Of a stretch of 64,000 nt of DNA, positions 40,169-49,737 are shown in pieces. Position 1 is the first letter of the stretch. Each line of letters opens with the position of its first letter. Source of the DNA: a virus; the IMG/VR virus record IMGVR_UViG_3300020183_000011; one strand, 5' to 3'. A program made the translations under genes and the position numbers. The notes beneath the pieces are model-generated. The model was not told the DNA's origin. It worked only from the letters and a program-made list of their open reading frames with translations, and ran no database searches.

Positions 40169-43100
40169 TGAAGACGCTAAAAGAGTTTAACTTACAGATA
40201 AACGAAGTATTAAGAGCATCTGATCCCATTGATAAATGGATCTCAGACTTCGTACACTCTAAGAATGCTAAGTTTGCTGGTAAGACTACTAAAGAACGCA
40301 TCGAGATGGCAAAAGGTGCATACTATGGTGCACAAAAACATAGGATGACTAGAATGGAATCGGTAGCAGTATCGCAAAATAGTACAGCTAAAGTAGATAT
40401 GAGAGAAGCCGCGCGTGAACATTTAGTACATGTTAACGATGGTTCTAAGTATGACGAAGAGCCTCATGAAAAAGATGTAGAGCATATCATGGCTGGTGTT
40501 AAACAACATGGTGGTGAACACGCTGGTGCATCTGACAAAGGTGTATTCTTTAAGTTCAAATCAAAAGAACATGCTGATGCATTTAAAGCTCATGCCAATA
40601 AATGTCCTAATAAATCATGCGACGCAGAGCATGTTACAGAAGGATATGAGAATGACATGGTTGATAAGAAAAAGGTATTGAACCCTCCAATTCCACTAAC
40701 ACAAAAGAAAAAGGCTGTTAAAGACTTCCTCAAGAAAGAGGAAGCAGAACTAGACGAAGGTAAAGTATACGACCCTATCACTAAGAAGATGGTAGCTAGT
40801 AAACCTATCAAAGTTCAAGCTGGTGGAGGTGCTACAAGAAACGGTGTTCCTGTAGAGACTGGTCCATCTAAATACAAGAGTAAGCTGCCTATGAGTAAAG
40901 CTGCTGCAGTATTAGCTGCAGAAGAGATAGGAATAGATGAAGGCGATAACGGTTTAGCAGCAAAAGCTAAGAAGTCTGGTGTATCCTTATCTACACTCAA
41001 GACAGTATACAAGAGAGGCGTAGCCGCATGGAACTCCGGTCATCGTCCAGGTACAACGCCTGCACAATGGGGTATGGCACGCGTTAACTCATACATCACA
41101 AAGGGTAAAGGTACATATCACGGAGCCGATAAAGACCTACGTGAAGACGCACGTCTTGATAAGAAAGAATACCATAAAGGTATGAGTGCTGCTACCGCAA
41201 AAGCTCGTGTAGCACATTGGAAAAAAGCAGATAAGATGTCTGACAGCAATCCAAAGGCATATAAGCCAGCACCTGGTGACAAGACTGCAAAGACTACACC
41301 AAGCGTACATACTAAGAAGTACCATGCTATGTACGGAGAAGCTAAAGAAGGTAAAAATAAGTGGCACATCTATGATACTAAGACAAGAGAAGTTCATAGT
41401 ACATATAATAATAAGAATGTAGCCATACGTAAGTATGAAGAACTAAACGATAAGCATAAGGGTTATGATAGTCCAGGTGGTTTAGTACACTCTAAATATG
41501 GTCTTAGACAAGAGCTACAGAAAGAAGAGACAGAGATCAATGAGATATCTAAATATACATTAGCTAGATATATCGATAAGGCTGCACAAGACGTACATGA
41601 TAAAGCTTTAGCTGCTGGTTCACATCATGGCGGTAAGAGCTATAAAGAATTCATGAAGAACTATACTAAGTCTGGTAAAAGACAAGCTGGTATCACTAGA
41701 GCTGCAGTTAAGCTTGCTACACAAAAAGAAGAGGTACAAGTAGACGAAGCTATCGCTAAGAAGTTGCCAGTACAGCATGCAGTGAATGCTGTAACTAAGA
41801 CATTAGGTTCACAAGCTGCTACAAGGTTCTTAGGTCATCTAAAACCTGGTACAGATAAACATACATCATGGGATAAAGTAAACGATGCTTTGATGAAGCA
41901 AGGTGTACAAACACATCACATCGCTTCTATAGCACAAAAGACTTCTCATGAAAACATGAATGAATCAAGAGGTCATAAAGTATTAGCAACGTTCTTTAAG
42001 AACAGAGAAGTTGCACAAAGAGCTTTTACTGGCCAAAATCAACCTAAAGCTGCTGAACCAAAAGAAACTGATAAAAATAAGTTGCCTATGAGTAAAGCTG
42101 CAGCAGTATTAGCAGCAGAAGATCAATACACTTCAGAGTATAAGATCAAGTATTATGTAGACCCGATTACTGGTGAGAACAAACAAAGAAAGATTAGGCC
42201 TCACCGTGTCAACTTTAAAAACAGTAAGATGCATGGAGAACCAGTACAACAAGATGCACAAGCAGATTACGGCATGAAAGAAGGATATGTAGCAGAAGGT
42301 GGTTTCGATAACTATCATGAGATAGCTAAGGAACTTGTTAAACGTCATGGTAAGAACGTTGATTCTGGTCATATCAATGACATAGCTGGCGAGAGAGATA
42401 CTCACAGAGGTCTTGATCATTCCGAAGTCATGCATCATGTTAACAAGATACTAAACAAAGAAGTTAAAGAAGGTGATGAGTATGATGAAGTATGGAAAGA
42501 ATACAAAGGAAAAACATTTAAAAAGGAAAGTCGTATGATTAATTTTAAAGACTACTTAAAAGAAGCTTTATCAGCTAAACAAAAGAAGATCGCTGCTATC
42601 GCTGGCGATAAAGATAAGATCGATGCTGATGATCTAGCTGCTTTAAGAGCTGGTAAGAAGCCTGTAGAAGAAGCTAAGAAGTGCATGGACGAAGATGACA
42701 TGGACGAATCAGGTCTTCGTATGGCTGCACACGCGGCTCATAAAGCTGGTAAGAAAGAGTTTGAGTTTCAAGGCAAGACTTATCCAGTTAAAGTACAAAA
42801 AGAAGGCGTGTTAAAGCCTGAACTTGAAAAAGGTTTCCCTGCACGTGGTGTAAAGACTGGTGCTTCTGCCCCAAAAGGTACAACATACATGCCTAAGAAA
42901 AATGTTAAAGAAGAAGTAGAACAGATCGACGAGTTATCTAAGAAGACACTAGGTTCTTATGCGCATAAAGCTGTCGATGACACGCAAGATAAAGTTCATG
43001 ATGCTTATGATTCAGGAACACCAACAAGACATGAACTTGAGGTGCAAGGTGGAAAAAATAATGATGGAAAATACGGATATAAACCTCTTCAAAATAGATT

Positions 43101-43791
43101 AACTGGTGTAGCAAGAGCTGCAAAAAGATTAGGTGATAAAGAAATTTCTAAGCGCACTGAAAAATCAGTAGCTCACCATCTTAAACAAAGATATCATTAT
43201 GATAATATGGATGATAGAAAGGCAGCCAATTCTGATAATGCTGCACGTCATCAATATTATCGCGCAAAAGATCATATTGAAAAAGCTTCAGGAGTTAAAG
43301 AAGAAGTAGAGTTAGACGAAGGTCGCATGAAAGAACTTGCAATGGATCTTAAAGATATGAGCCATGACGAGTTTCATAAACATTATGGTAAGCCTAAATC
43401 ATACTATGATCCATTAAACTTCAAGAAGCCAGTACAAAAAGGCCATGAAATGGATCGTGCTAAAGCTTTAGCTCAACGTGGTATCCAATCTTTATCTAAA
43501 GAAGAAGTAGAACAAGAAATGTCACCATACCTAAAAGCAACACTTGCAGTTATGGATGAATCAAAGTACGACGATTATAAAGATGCATTAAGATCTAAGA
43601 AAGCTACTCAATCTGCATATGATAAAGACTTTAAGCCAGACACAACTCATCCACATATTCAAGTGGTTAAGGGTACACAGTATGGCGGAGAGAACCAAAA
43701 AGATGATGACTATGATGAGAAGCCTGATGAACCAAAAGAGAAGCGCGGACGTGGCAGACCAGCGGGATCTAAGTCAGGTGCTAGAGTATAA
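40168..43791 (+). CDS. 1207-aa modular protein; probable internal head polyprotein (contains a DUF5824-like module)
   Basis: MKTLKEF start; basic modules separated by acidic EEVELDE-type linkers; VYKRGVAAW...HRPG...QWGMARVNS module. Confidence 0.7.
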   Translation: MKTLKEFNLQINEVLRASDPIDKWISDFVHSKNAKFAGKTTKERIEMAKGAYYGAQKHRMTRMESVAVSQNSTAKVDMREAAREHLVHVNDGSKYDEEPHEKDVEHIMAGVKQHGGEHAGASDKGVFFKFKSKEHADAFKAHANKCPNKSCDAEHVTEGYENDMVDKKKVLNPPIPLTQKKKAVKDFLKKEEAELDEGKVYDPITKKMVASKPIKVQAGGGATRNGVPVETGPSKYKSKLPMSKAAAVLAAEEIGIDEGDNGLAAKAKKSGVSLSTLKTVYKRGVAAWNSGHRPGTTPAQWGMARVNSYITKGKGTYHGADKDLREDARLDKKEYHKGMSAATAKARVAHWKKADKMSDSNPKAYKPAPGDKTAKTTPSVHTKKYHAMYGEAKEGKNKWHIYDTKTREVHSTYNNKNVAIRKYEELNDKHKGYDSPGGLVHSKYGLRQELQKEETEINEISKYTLARYIDKAAQDVHDKALAAGSHHGGKSYKEFMKNYTKSGKRQAGITRAAVKLATQKEEVQVDEAIAKKLPVQHAVNAVTKTLGSQAATRFLGHLKPGTDKHTSWDKVNDALMKQGVQTHHIASIAQKTSHENMNESRGHKVLATFFKNREVAQRAFTGQNQPKAAEPKETDKNKLPMSKAAAVLAAEDQYTSEYKIKYYVDPITGENKQRKIRPHRVNFKNSKMHGEPVQQDAQADYGMKEGYVAEGGFDNYHEIAKELVKRHGKNVDSGHINDIAGERDTHRGLDHSEVMHHVNKILNKEVKEGDEYDEVWKEYKGKTFKKESRMINFKDYLKEALSAKQKKIAAIAGDKDKIDADDLAALRAGKKPVEEAKKCMDEDDMDESGLRMAAHAAHKAGKKEFEFQGKTYPVKVQKEGVLKPELEKGFPARGVKTGASAPKGTTYMPKKNVKEEVEQIDELSKKTLGSYAHKAVDDTQDKVHDAYDSGTPTRHELEVQGGKNNDGKYGYKPLQNRLTGVARAAKRLGDKEISKRTEKSVAHHLKQRYHYDNMDDRKAANSDNAARHQYYRAKDHIEKASGVKEEVELDEGRMKELAMDLKDMSHDEFHKHYGKPKSYYDPLNFKKPVQKGHEMDRAKALAQRGIQSLSKEEVEQEMSPYLKATLAVMDESKYDDYKDALRSKKATQSAYDKDFKPDTTHPHIQVVKGTQYGGENQKDDDYDEKPDEPKEKRGRGRPAGSKSGARV

Positions 43792-43820
43792 ATAACTAAT
43801 TACATTTAAGGAGTAATAAA

Positions 43821-44747
43821 ATGGCTTTATGGGGAAAATCAGATACTTTAGCGGCATCGCCAAAGTATGTAACTAGAAAGGCGGTGTTCGATGCGCAGAG
43901 CAAAGTTAGTTCAGCAAATGACACTATCGATCTATCAAGTGCAAATACAAATTTTTCAACAGGTGATGGCGTTGTTTACACTGGTGCTAGCGGCATTGGT
44001 TTAACACAAGACACATCATACTATGTGATGAGACAAACAGATAACACAATTAAGTTAGCAACTACAGAAGCTGGCGCTAAAGCTGGTGCAACTGGTATTA
44101 ACCTAACAGCTGGTGCAACAGGTGCTATTGGTTTCTTACAACGTAATGCTGAAGGTAATGAATCTACTGCAGCAGGTAACGGCGACCATATCAACAACGG
44201 AAGCGACCTCTACTTCATCGATGCTGACGAAGCTCAACAAGCAGAGAACAAAGCTCGCGGATTAACAGGTCCTGGTTGGTGGTTATATCGTTCATGGACA
44301 AATGCAGACGGTTCAGTACAACATAGAGCAGAATGCTTGATCGCTATGGGCGCATACTCAGGTGCTACAGGTGTTGGTACATACCAAGCTCAAACTGGTG
44401 ATGCTTCAGATGATTCAGTTTTAGTAGATGCTACAGTATCTATTACTACACAACCATCTAATGTTTCTGTAACTGCTCCAGCTACAGCTTCATTCTCAAT
44501 AGTTGCTGCAATTGCTGGCGCTGGTTCATTGACATATCAATGGCAAATCCAACAATCAGGTGTTGGTGCATTTGCTGACGTAACTACTGGTTCAGGTGGC
44601 ACAACTGCTACATATACAACTGCTGCAACTGCAGTAGCTGCAGGAGCTGGTGCTACAAACGGTGATAAGTTCCGTTGTATCGTTGGTGCTTCAACAGGTA
44701 ATACAGACGTTACATCTAATGCTGTAACATTAACAGTAACAGCTTAA
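43821..44747 (+). CDS. Virion structural protein with a C-terminal Ig-like domain
   Basis: MALWG start, PGWW, ITTQP...LTYQWQ...FRCIV...SNAVTLTV; late promoter and TAAGGAG SD. Confidence 0.75.
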   Translation: MALWGKSDTLAASPKYVTRKAVFDAQSKVSSANDTIDLSSANTNFSTGDGVVYTGASGIGLTQDTSYYVMRQTDNTIKLATTEAGAKAGATGINLTAGATGAIGFLQRNAEGNESTAAGNGDHINNGSDLYFIDADEAQQAENKARGLTGPGWWLYRSWTNADGSVQHRAECLIAMGAYSGATGVGTYQAQTGDASDDSVLVDATVSITTQPSNVSVTAPATASFSIVAAIAGAGSLTYQWQIQQSGVGAFADVTTGSGGTTATYTTAATAVAAGAGATNGDKFRCIVGASTGNTDVTSNAVTLTVTA

Positions 44748-44781
44748 TAGAGTAGGGGAGGAAACTCCCCCCTCTTTTAAT

Positions 44782-45737
44782 ATGAACCAAGTGTTGACAG
44801 AAGATAATTTTTTACAGTATGCTATGCATCATTATGACAATAGCCAATGTTATTCGTTGGAAGAGTTTAATGATGACTTAAAGAGGTTTTTATATCTTAA
44901 GAAGTTGTTTAGTAGATATAAACATGAGTGTGATTTAAAAGAGAACTTAATACTAAATCATCTCATAGTAATCTATAACATATTTGGAGATAGTTCTACT
45001 AATATGTTGTTCTTTAAGATAGAGGAAGAGTATTGGGACACATTAGTAACTTTCTTGGTATTCCTTAACAGGATGCCTGAAGATATACCTCAATACGGAA
45101 TAAAATTATCAGAGATTAAACTTGACGATCATATTATACAAACGCTTAGGAAGATTTAATGTCGCAAGTAATAGATAACATAATAGCTTACAAAGTACTC
45201 ACCATGTTGGTTAAACCCTTCAGGGAGACTGATGCCTATAGATTGGGCATCATCGATGCAAAAGGAAAAAATCTCATAAAGCCTTCTGTTCTTTCCTCAC
45301 AGGAAGAAAAGAACTCTTACACGTTCCTACATCGATTAGTCTTTAACATGAAAAAGATAATCAACAAACTGCCGGGTGGAGAAAGTAAATTAAAGAGTCT
45401 AGCTGCGGCTTTCTTTTTAATCAAAGAATACTATGAAAATAATACTCGTTCTACATCGATGATGGAGGAAAAGTATAATAAACTAATAGAGTCTAATGCG
45501 ATACTAGCAGAAGAAACTATTATCATAGAGAAGTACATGAAAGACATAGATGAAGATGGTGGTGCGGGTGGCGTTTCTGGAGGAGGTGGAGCTAGCGCTG
45601 CTCCAGTTGCAAACGTAACAGGCTCGATGGTATCTACAGACATCCCATTACCTAAAAAGAAAGATTTAGAAAAATACAAGAAGACGAATCAAGCTGGTGT
45701 TGTAGCTATGACTCGTCGTAACAATAAGGTGTTATAA
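44782..45737 (+). CDS. Two conserved T4-like hypothetical genes (44782-45159; 45159-45737)
   Basis: AMHHYDN...LILNHLIVIYNIFG; AYRLGIIDAKG...HRLVFNMKK. Confidence 0.7.
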
Positions 45738-45738
45738 T

Positions 45739-46344
45739 ATGTGGTTATTGAGCTTATTACCAGATAGTTTACTCTATGGATTTATCCTATCTGTCATGGG
45801 TATCGGAGCAGCACTCTTTATATTTGGTACGTTTACAGTATTCCTGCCTCTAGTTAAAGGTTGGGGTATGTTGATGAGAACGATCGGTACATTACTATTG
45901 ATAGGTAGCGTATACTTATATGGTGGTTATGGTACAGAGATGAAGTGGAGAGCTGAAGCCGCTAAACTAAAAGCAGATATGGATCGTAAGGTCGCATTAT
46001 CTGAAAAGAATTCAAAACAAGTAGTCACAAAATATATTGAAAAAGTAAAGGTAGTTAAGGAGAAAGGTAATGTCATTATTAAAGAAGTCCCTAAATATAT
46101 CACTAAAGATGCTGACGCTAACTGCGTTGTGCCTAAGTCTTTTGTCTTGCTCCACGATTCTGCCGCAAAAAATGAAGTTCCCGACTCCACCCAAGGAGTT
46201 GATGGAGCCGCCAGCGGAACTAAACTCTCTACCATCGGAGAAACAATAACGATCAACTACAATAACTATCATCAGTTATCAGAAAGATTGAAAGCGTTAC
46301 AAGACTGGGTTAGTTCACAAGAAAGAATCTATAATGGCAAATGA
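45739..46344 (+). CDS. Membrane protein, i-spanin-like
   Basis: N-terminal TM helices; IIKEVPKY...C.VP..FVLLHD.AA; LKALQDW. Confidence 0.5.
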   Translation: MWLLSLLPDSLLYGFILSVMGIGAALFIFGTFTVFLPLVKGWGMLMRTIGTLLLIGSVYLYGGYGTEMKWRAEAAKLKADMDRKVALSEKNSKQVVTKYIEKVKVVKEKGNVIIKEVPKYITKDADANCVVPKSFVLLHDSAAKNEVPDSTQGVDGAASGTKLSTIGETITINYNNYHQLSERLKALQDWVSSQERIYNGK

Positions 46345-46717
46345 TTTAGAACAGTTAGAACGTATAGTCGAAAAGCTAGATATATCGATAGATAAGCTTA
46401 CAGAAGTTAGCAATAACGTAAGTAAGTTACTAGCAGTGCATGATACTAGATTAAACGTCATAGAGAAAGATACCGTGCGAAACGAAGACGACATACGAGA
46501 TATTCATGTAAAGATGGATAATATAGCTAAAGAGATCAATGCAAAGTTGGACGAATCTATGCGTAGTAGTGTAGAGGGCCATGCTAAGATCCAAGCTGCT
46601 ATCGAAGACAAGCTTAAAGGCATCGATGCCCGCGTACGAGTATTAGAAGTATGGCGTTGGTTAGTTATTGGCGGTGCACTTGCTATTGGATACCTAGTTA
46701 ATAAGTTGTATAAATGA
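46334..46717 (+). CDS. Coiled-coil protein with a C-terminal TM helix
   Basis: LAVHDTRL; LEVWRWLVIGGA. Confidence 0.55.
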   Translation: MANDLEQLERIVEKLDISIDKLTEVSNNVSKLLAVHDTRLNVIEKDTVRNEDDIRDIHVKMDNIAKEINAKLDESMRSSVEGHAKIQAAIEDKLKGIDARVRVLEVWRWLVIGGALAIGYLVNKLYK

Positions 46718-47421
46718 AAACCCTTAATGAATTAAAGCTTCAATTACAATACCATAAACAGTTAAATCCAAAGTTATGGGACGGCTTTGTATTGAAACCT
46801 CAGATCAGAGCAAAGCTATTACAGTTCGCAGAAGTATGGAGAGAATATGCTAAGATTCCTAAGTCAGCTGTTAAAGAAGTTATCATGCTCGGCGGAAACG
46901 CTAACTACAATTACACTGATAAGTCTGACATTGATGTACATGTGGTTGTTGATAAGTCTTTAATATCTAAAGATAACCCATTACTAGACGACTACCTACA
47001 AGATAAGAAACAGATGTGGACTATGGCACATAAGATTACCATTCTTGGATATGGGCTAGAACCATATGCACAAGATATATCGGTTGAATATCCAAAACAA
47101 CAAGGCGTCTATTCATTGACAAAGGATGAATGGCTAGCAAAGCCAGAATTTGTTGGTGATGATATGTTGAAAGACCCATACCTTAAGAAGAAGGTTAAGT
47201 TCTATATGAAGATGATCGACGACATGATTAAAGGCCATGTTGATATTGATTCAGTAAAACACTTCAAAGAAAAACTCAGAGACATGCGTGGAGTTGCTAT
47301 TAAGAAAGGTGGAGAGTTCTCATTCGAAAACCTAGTATTTAAAGAACTACGCAATCAAGGCTATTTAGACAAACTATCAGTATACCAAAGAACAGAACAA
47401 GACCAAGCATTAAGTTTATAA
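46714..47421 (+). CDS. Pol-beta-superfamily nucleotidyltransferase
   Basis: LGGNANYNY...SDIDVH, EPYAQD, GEFSFENLVFKELR; starts MKTLNE. Confidence 0.8.
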   Translation: MKTLNELKLQLQYHKQLNPKLWDGFVLKPQIRAKLLQFAEVWREYAKIPKSAVKEVIMLGGNANYNYTDKSDIDVHVVVDKSLISKDNPLLDDYLQDKKQMWTMAHKITILGYGLEPYAQDISVEYPKQQGVYSLTKDEWLAKPEFVGDDMLKDPYLKKKVKFYMKMIDDMIKGHVDIDSVKHFKEKLRDMRGVAIKKGGEFSFENLVFKELRNQGYLDKLSVYQRTEQDQALSL

Positions 47422-47432
47422 TAAAGGATATC

Positions 47433-47807
47433 ATGGAAAATACTAATGAATTTTGGGGTTATCATCTAATATTGGACTGTCACGCATGTGATGTTCCTAG
47501 CATCAAGAGTTATGATAATGTTCATAACTGGATTAAGACTCTAGTTAAAGATATAGATATGGAACCTATTGGTGAGCCTCGTATCGAATATACAGCAGCA
47601 GAGTTTCCCGACAAGGCAGGATTTACAGCAGTACAGATCATAGTAACATCAAGTATAGTAGCACACTTCATTGACTCTACGGGTGATGTCTATATAGATG
47701 TATTCTCATGCAAGCCGTTTGATAATGCTGTAGTCATCTCCTCAATCAACAAAGCATTTGCTCCTAAGAAAGTCAGAGCTAATTACCTAACCAGACAAGC
47801 TGGATAA
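47433..47807 (+). CDS. S-adenosylmethionine decarboxylase (SpeD)-like pyruvoyl proenzyme
   Basis: GYHLILD, GFTAVQIIVTSSIVAH, YIDVFSCKPFD. Confidence 0.8.
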   Translation: MENTNEFWGYHLILDCHACDVPSIKSYDNVHNWIKTLVKDIDMEPIGEPRIEYTAAEFPDKAGFTAVQIIVTSSIVAHFIDSTGDVYIDVFSCKPFDNAVVISSINKAFAPKKVRANYLTRQAG

Positions 47808-47842
47808 TTGTACTTTAATTAATACATAGGATATAATACATT

Positions 47843-48076
47843 ATGAAGTATTTTGATATCAAGTGGATCTCTACGATCCTTATCATAGTATCCGGAACCG
47901 TATTAGCCTTAAAGTTACCTGTCATGAGGTTTGCTTTTCCAGGCTTTGTTATTGCTCATGGCATACTCACACATCACTTCTATAAAGTACATCCAAACAA
48001 ACCACTATTTATCCAAAATATCTACTTCTTTTTCTTAAACATCATGGCCAGTTATATTTGGCTTATTAAAGGATAA
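47843..48076 (+). CDS. Small membrane protein
   Basis: Three hydrophobic segments; own promoter. Confidence 0.55.
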   Translation: MKYFDIKWISTILIIVSGTVLALKLPVMRFAFPGFVIAHGILTHHFYKVHPNKPLFIQNIYFFFLNIMASYIWLIKG

Positions 48077-48078
48077 TC

Positions 48079-48132
48079 ATGCAATTTAAACCATTAGGTA
48101 AGAAAGTATTAGTAGCTATATTAGAAAATTAA
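48079..48132 (+). pseudogene. Truncated GroES (co-chaperonin) N-terminal remnant
   Basis: MQFKPLGKKVLVAILEN* with AAGGA SD resembles the GroES start M..KPL.DRVLV. Confidence 0.55.
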
Positions 48133-48167
48133 TATACTTTAATTAAGTTATATTATATAATGGTCTT

Positions 48168-48677
48168 ATGACAATGTTGAAGATATTAGCTGTGATGAGT
48201 TTTATCATCATTCAAGGCTGTGCTACAGAATTAGGTGTAAAGCACATGAAAGATCGTGACTATAAAGTTCAAGGTCATTTAGATCGTGACGAGTACGATG
48301 AAATCATTCGTATTGTTAAGGCTAATCCAAACGACATCATAAATTTTTATGCATCAAGCAGAGGCGGTACCAGTCATGACTTATTTGATTGTATGGATGC
48401 ATTATATCAACATGGTCAAGTCTATTGGTATAGTTTAGATCGCTGTGATAGTGCATGTGCTGTATTAGCACTTAGTACCAAACACGCTAACGGGCACTTT
48501 AGGTTACATAGCTTTTATCGGCACCATAACCATCATACTGAGACTGCTCCTGCCTACAATCACCAGATATTAGACCACTTGAACAAATATGGATATGATA
48601 CTACTAAATTAGATCATATGTTTCATAGTGTAGAAGAGCTATGGGATATTACTTTAGATGACGGTAAATTGAAATGA
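48168..48677 (+). CDS. Lipoprotein with a ClpP/crotonase-like peptidase domain
   Basis: Lipobox IQGC; SRGG, CDSACA, FRLH. Confidence 0.55.
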   Translation: MTMLKILAVMSFIIIQGCATELGVKHMKDRDYKVQGHLDRDEYDEIIRIVKANPNDIINFYASSRGGTSHDLFDCMDALYQHGQVYWYSLDRCDSACAVLALSTKHANGHFRLHSFYRHHNHHTETAPAYNHQILDHLNKYGYDTTKLDHMFHSVEELWDITLDDGKLK

Positions 48678-48723
48678 AAAAATTAATGTACATTAATTGT
48701 TATTTGAGATATAATTATACTAT

Positions 48724-49737
48724 ATGTTATACATCGATTCTAAATACGTAGGACAAATCTCCTACAAACTCCGTAACTTTAAAAAGAAAGCCGACTACTA
48801 TTGGAACTTTAGTTGTCCGATATGTGGTGACTCAAAGAAAAATACTTTAAAAGCTCGCGGATATGTATTTAAAAATGATAATAGATTAGTATACAAGTGC
48901 CATAATTGTGGTATATCAACTTCTGTAGGTAACTTGATAAAGCAATTAGATCCTATCATGTATAACGAATACGTGTTAGAAAGATATAAAGAATCAACTT
49001 CGCACCACACACCTCATGCCCAGCTTAAATTGGAGACACCTACTGTTTCCGTTGAGTTAAAAGATAATATATTAGATAAGTTGGATCCGATAGAAGTATT
49101 ACCTATCAGTCATCCAGCAATACAGTACCTTATATCACGTAAGATACCTAAAGATAAATGGAAGTTACTTTATTACACAGATACATTTAAAGCATACACT
49201 AATTCTGTAAAGTTTCATTTCACAAACACCAAAGACGATCATCCTCGTATCGTCATACCATACTTTAATGAACATGGTAAAGTATTTGCGTTTCAAGCTA
49301 GAGCACTTGGCGGTGAACAACCTAAGTATTACTCTATTAAGATAGACGATAAAGAAGAGAAGATCTATGCTTTAGATCGTGTAGATTATTCTAAGAGGAT
49401 ATATGTTACAGAAGGTCCTATCGATTCTTTATTTGTGCCTAACTGTATAGCAGTCTCAGGCGCATCATTTGATACACCAACTATTAAATCATTAGCTAGC
49501 AATGCTACGCTTATCATGGATAATGAACCAAGGTCTAAAGAGATATGTAAGTTCATAAACAAGTTGATTGAATCCAATTATACAGTATGTCTATGGCCTG
49601 ACACAGTAAGAGAAAAAGATATCAATGAGATGATCATGGCTGGTAAGACTATCGAGTCAATCATGGACACTATAAATACAAATACATTCCAAGGAATGGA
49701 AGCAAAGCTTAAATTTACACAGTGGAGAAAGTGTTGA
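48724..49737 (+). CDS. 61: DNA primase gp61
   Basis: CPICGDS, CHNCG, TEGPIDS, DNEPR, KDINEM. Confidence 0.97.
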   Translation: MLYIDSKYVGQISYKLRNFKKKADYYWNFSCPICGDSKKNTLKARGYVFKNDNRLVYKCHNCGISTSVGNLIKQLDPIMYNEYVLERYKESTSHHTPHAQLKLETPTVSVELKDNILDKLDPIEVLPISHPAIQYLISRKIPKDKWKLLYYTDTFKAYTNSVKFHFTNTKDDHPRIVIPYFNEHGKVFAFQARALGGEQPKYYSIKIDDKEEKIYALDRVDYSKRIYVTEGPIDSLFVPNCIAVSGASFDTPTIKSLASNATLIMDNEPRSKEICKFINKLIESNYTVCLWPDTVREKDINEMIMAGKTIESIMDTINTNTFQGMEAKLKFTQWRKC

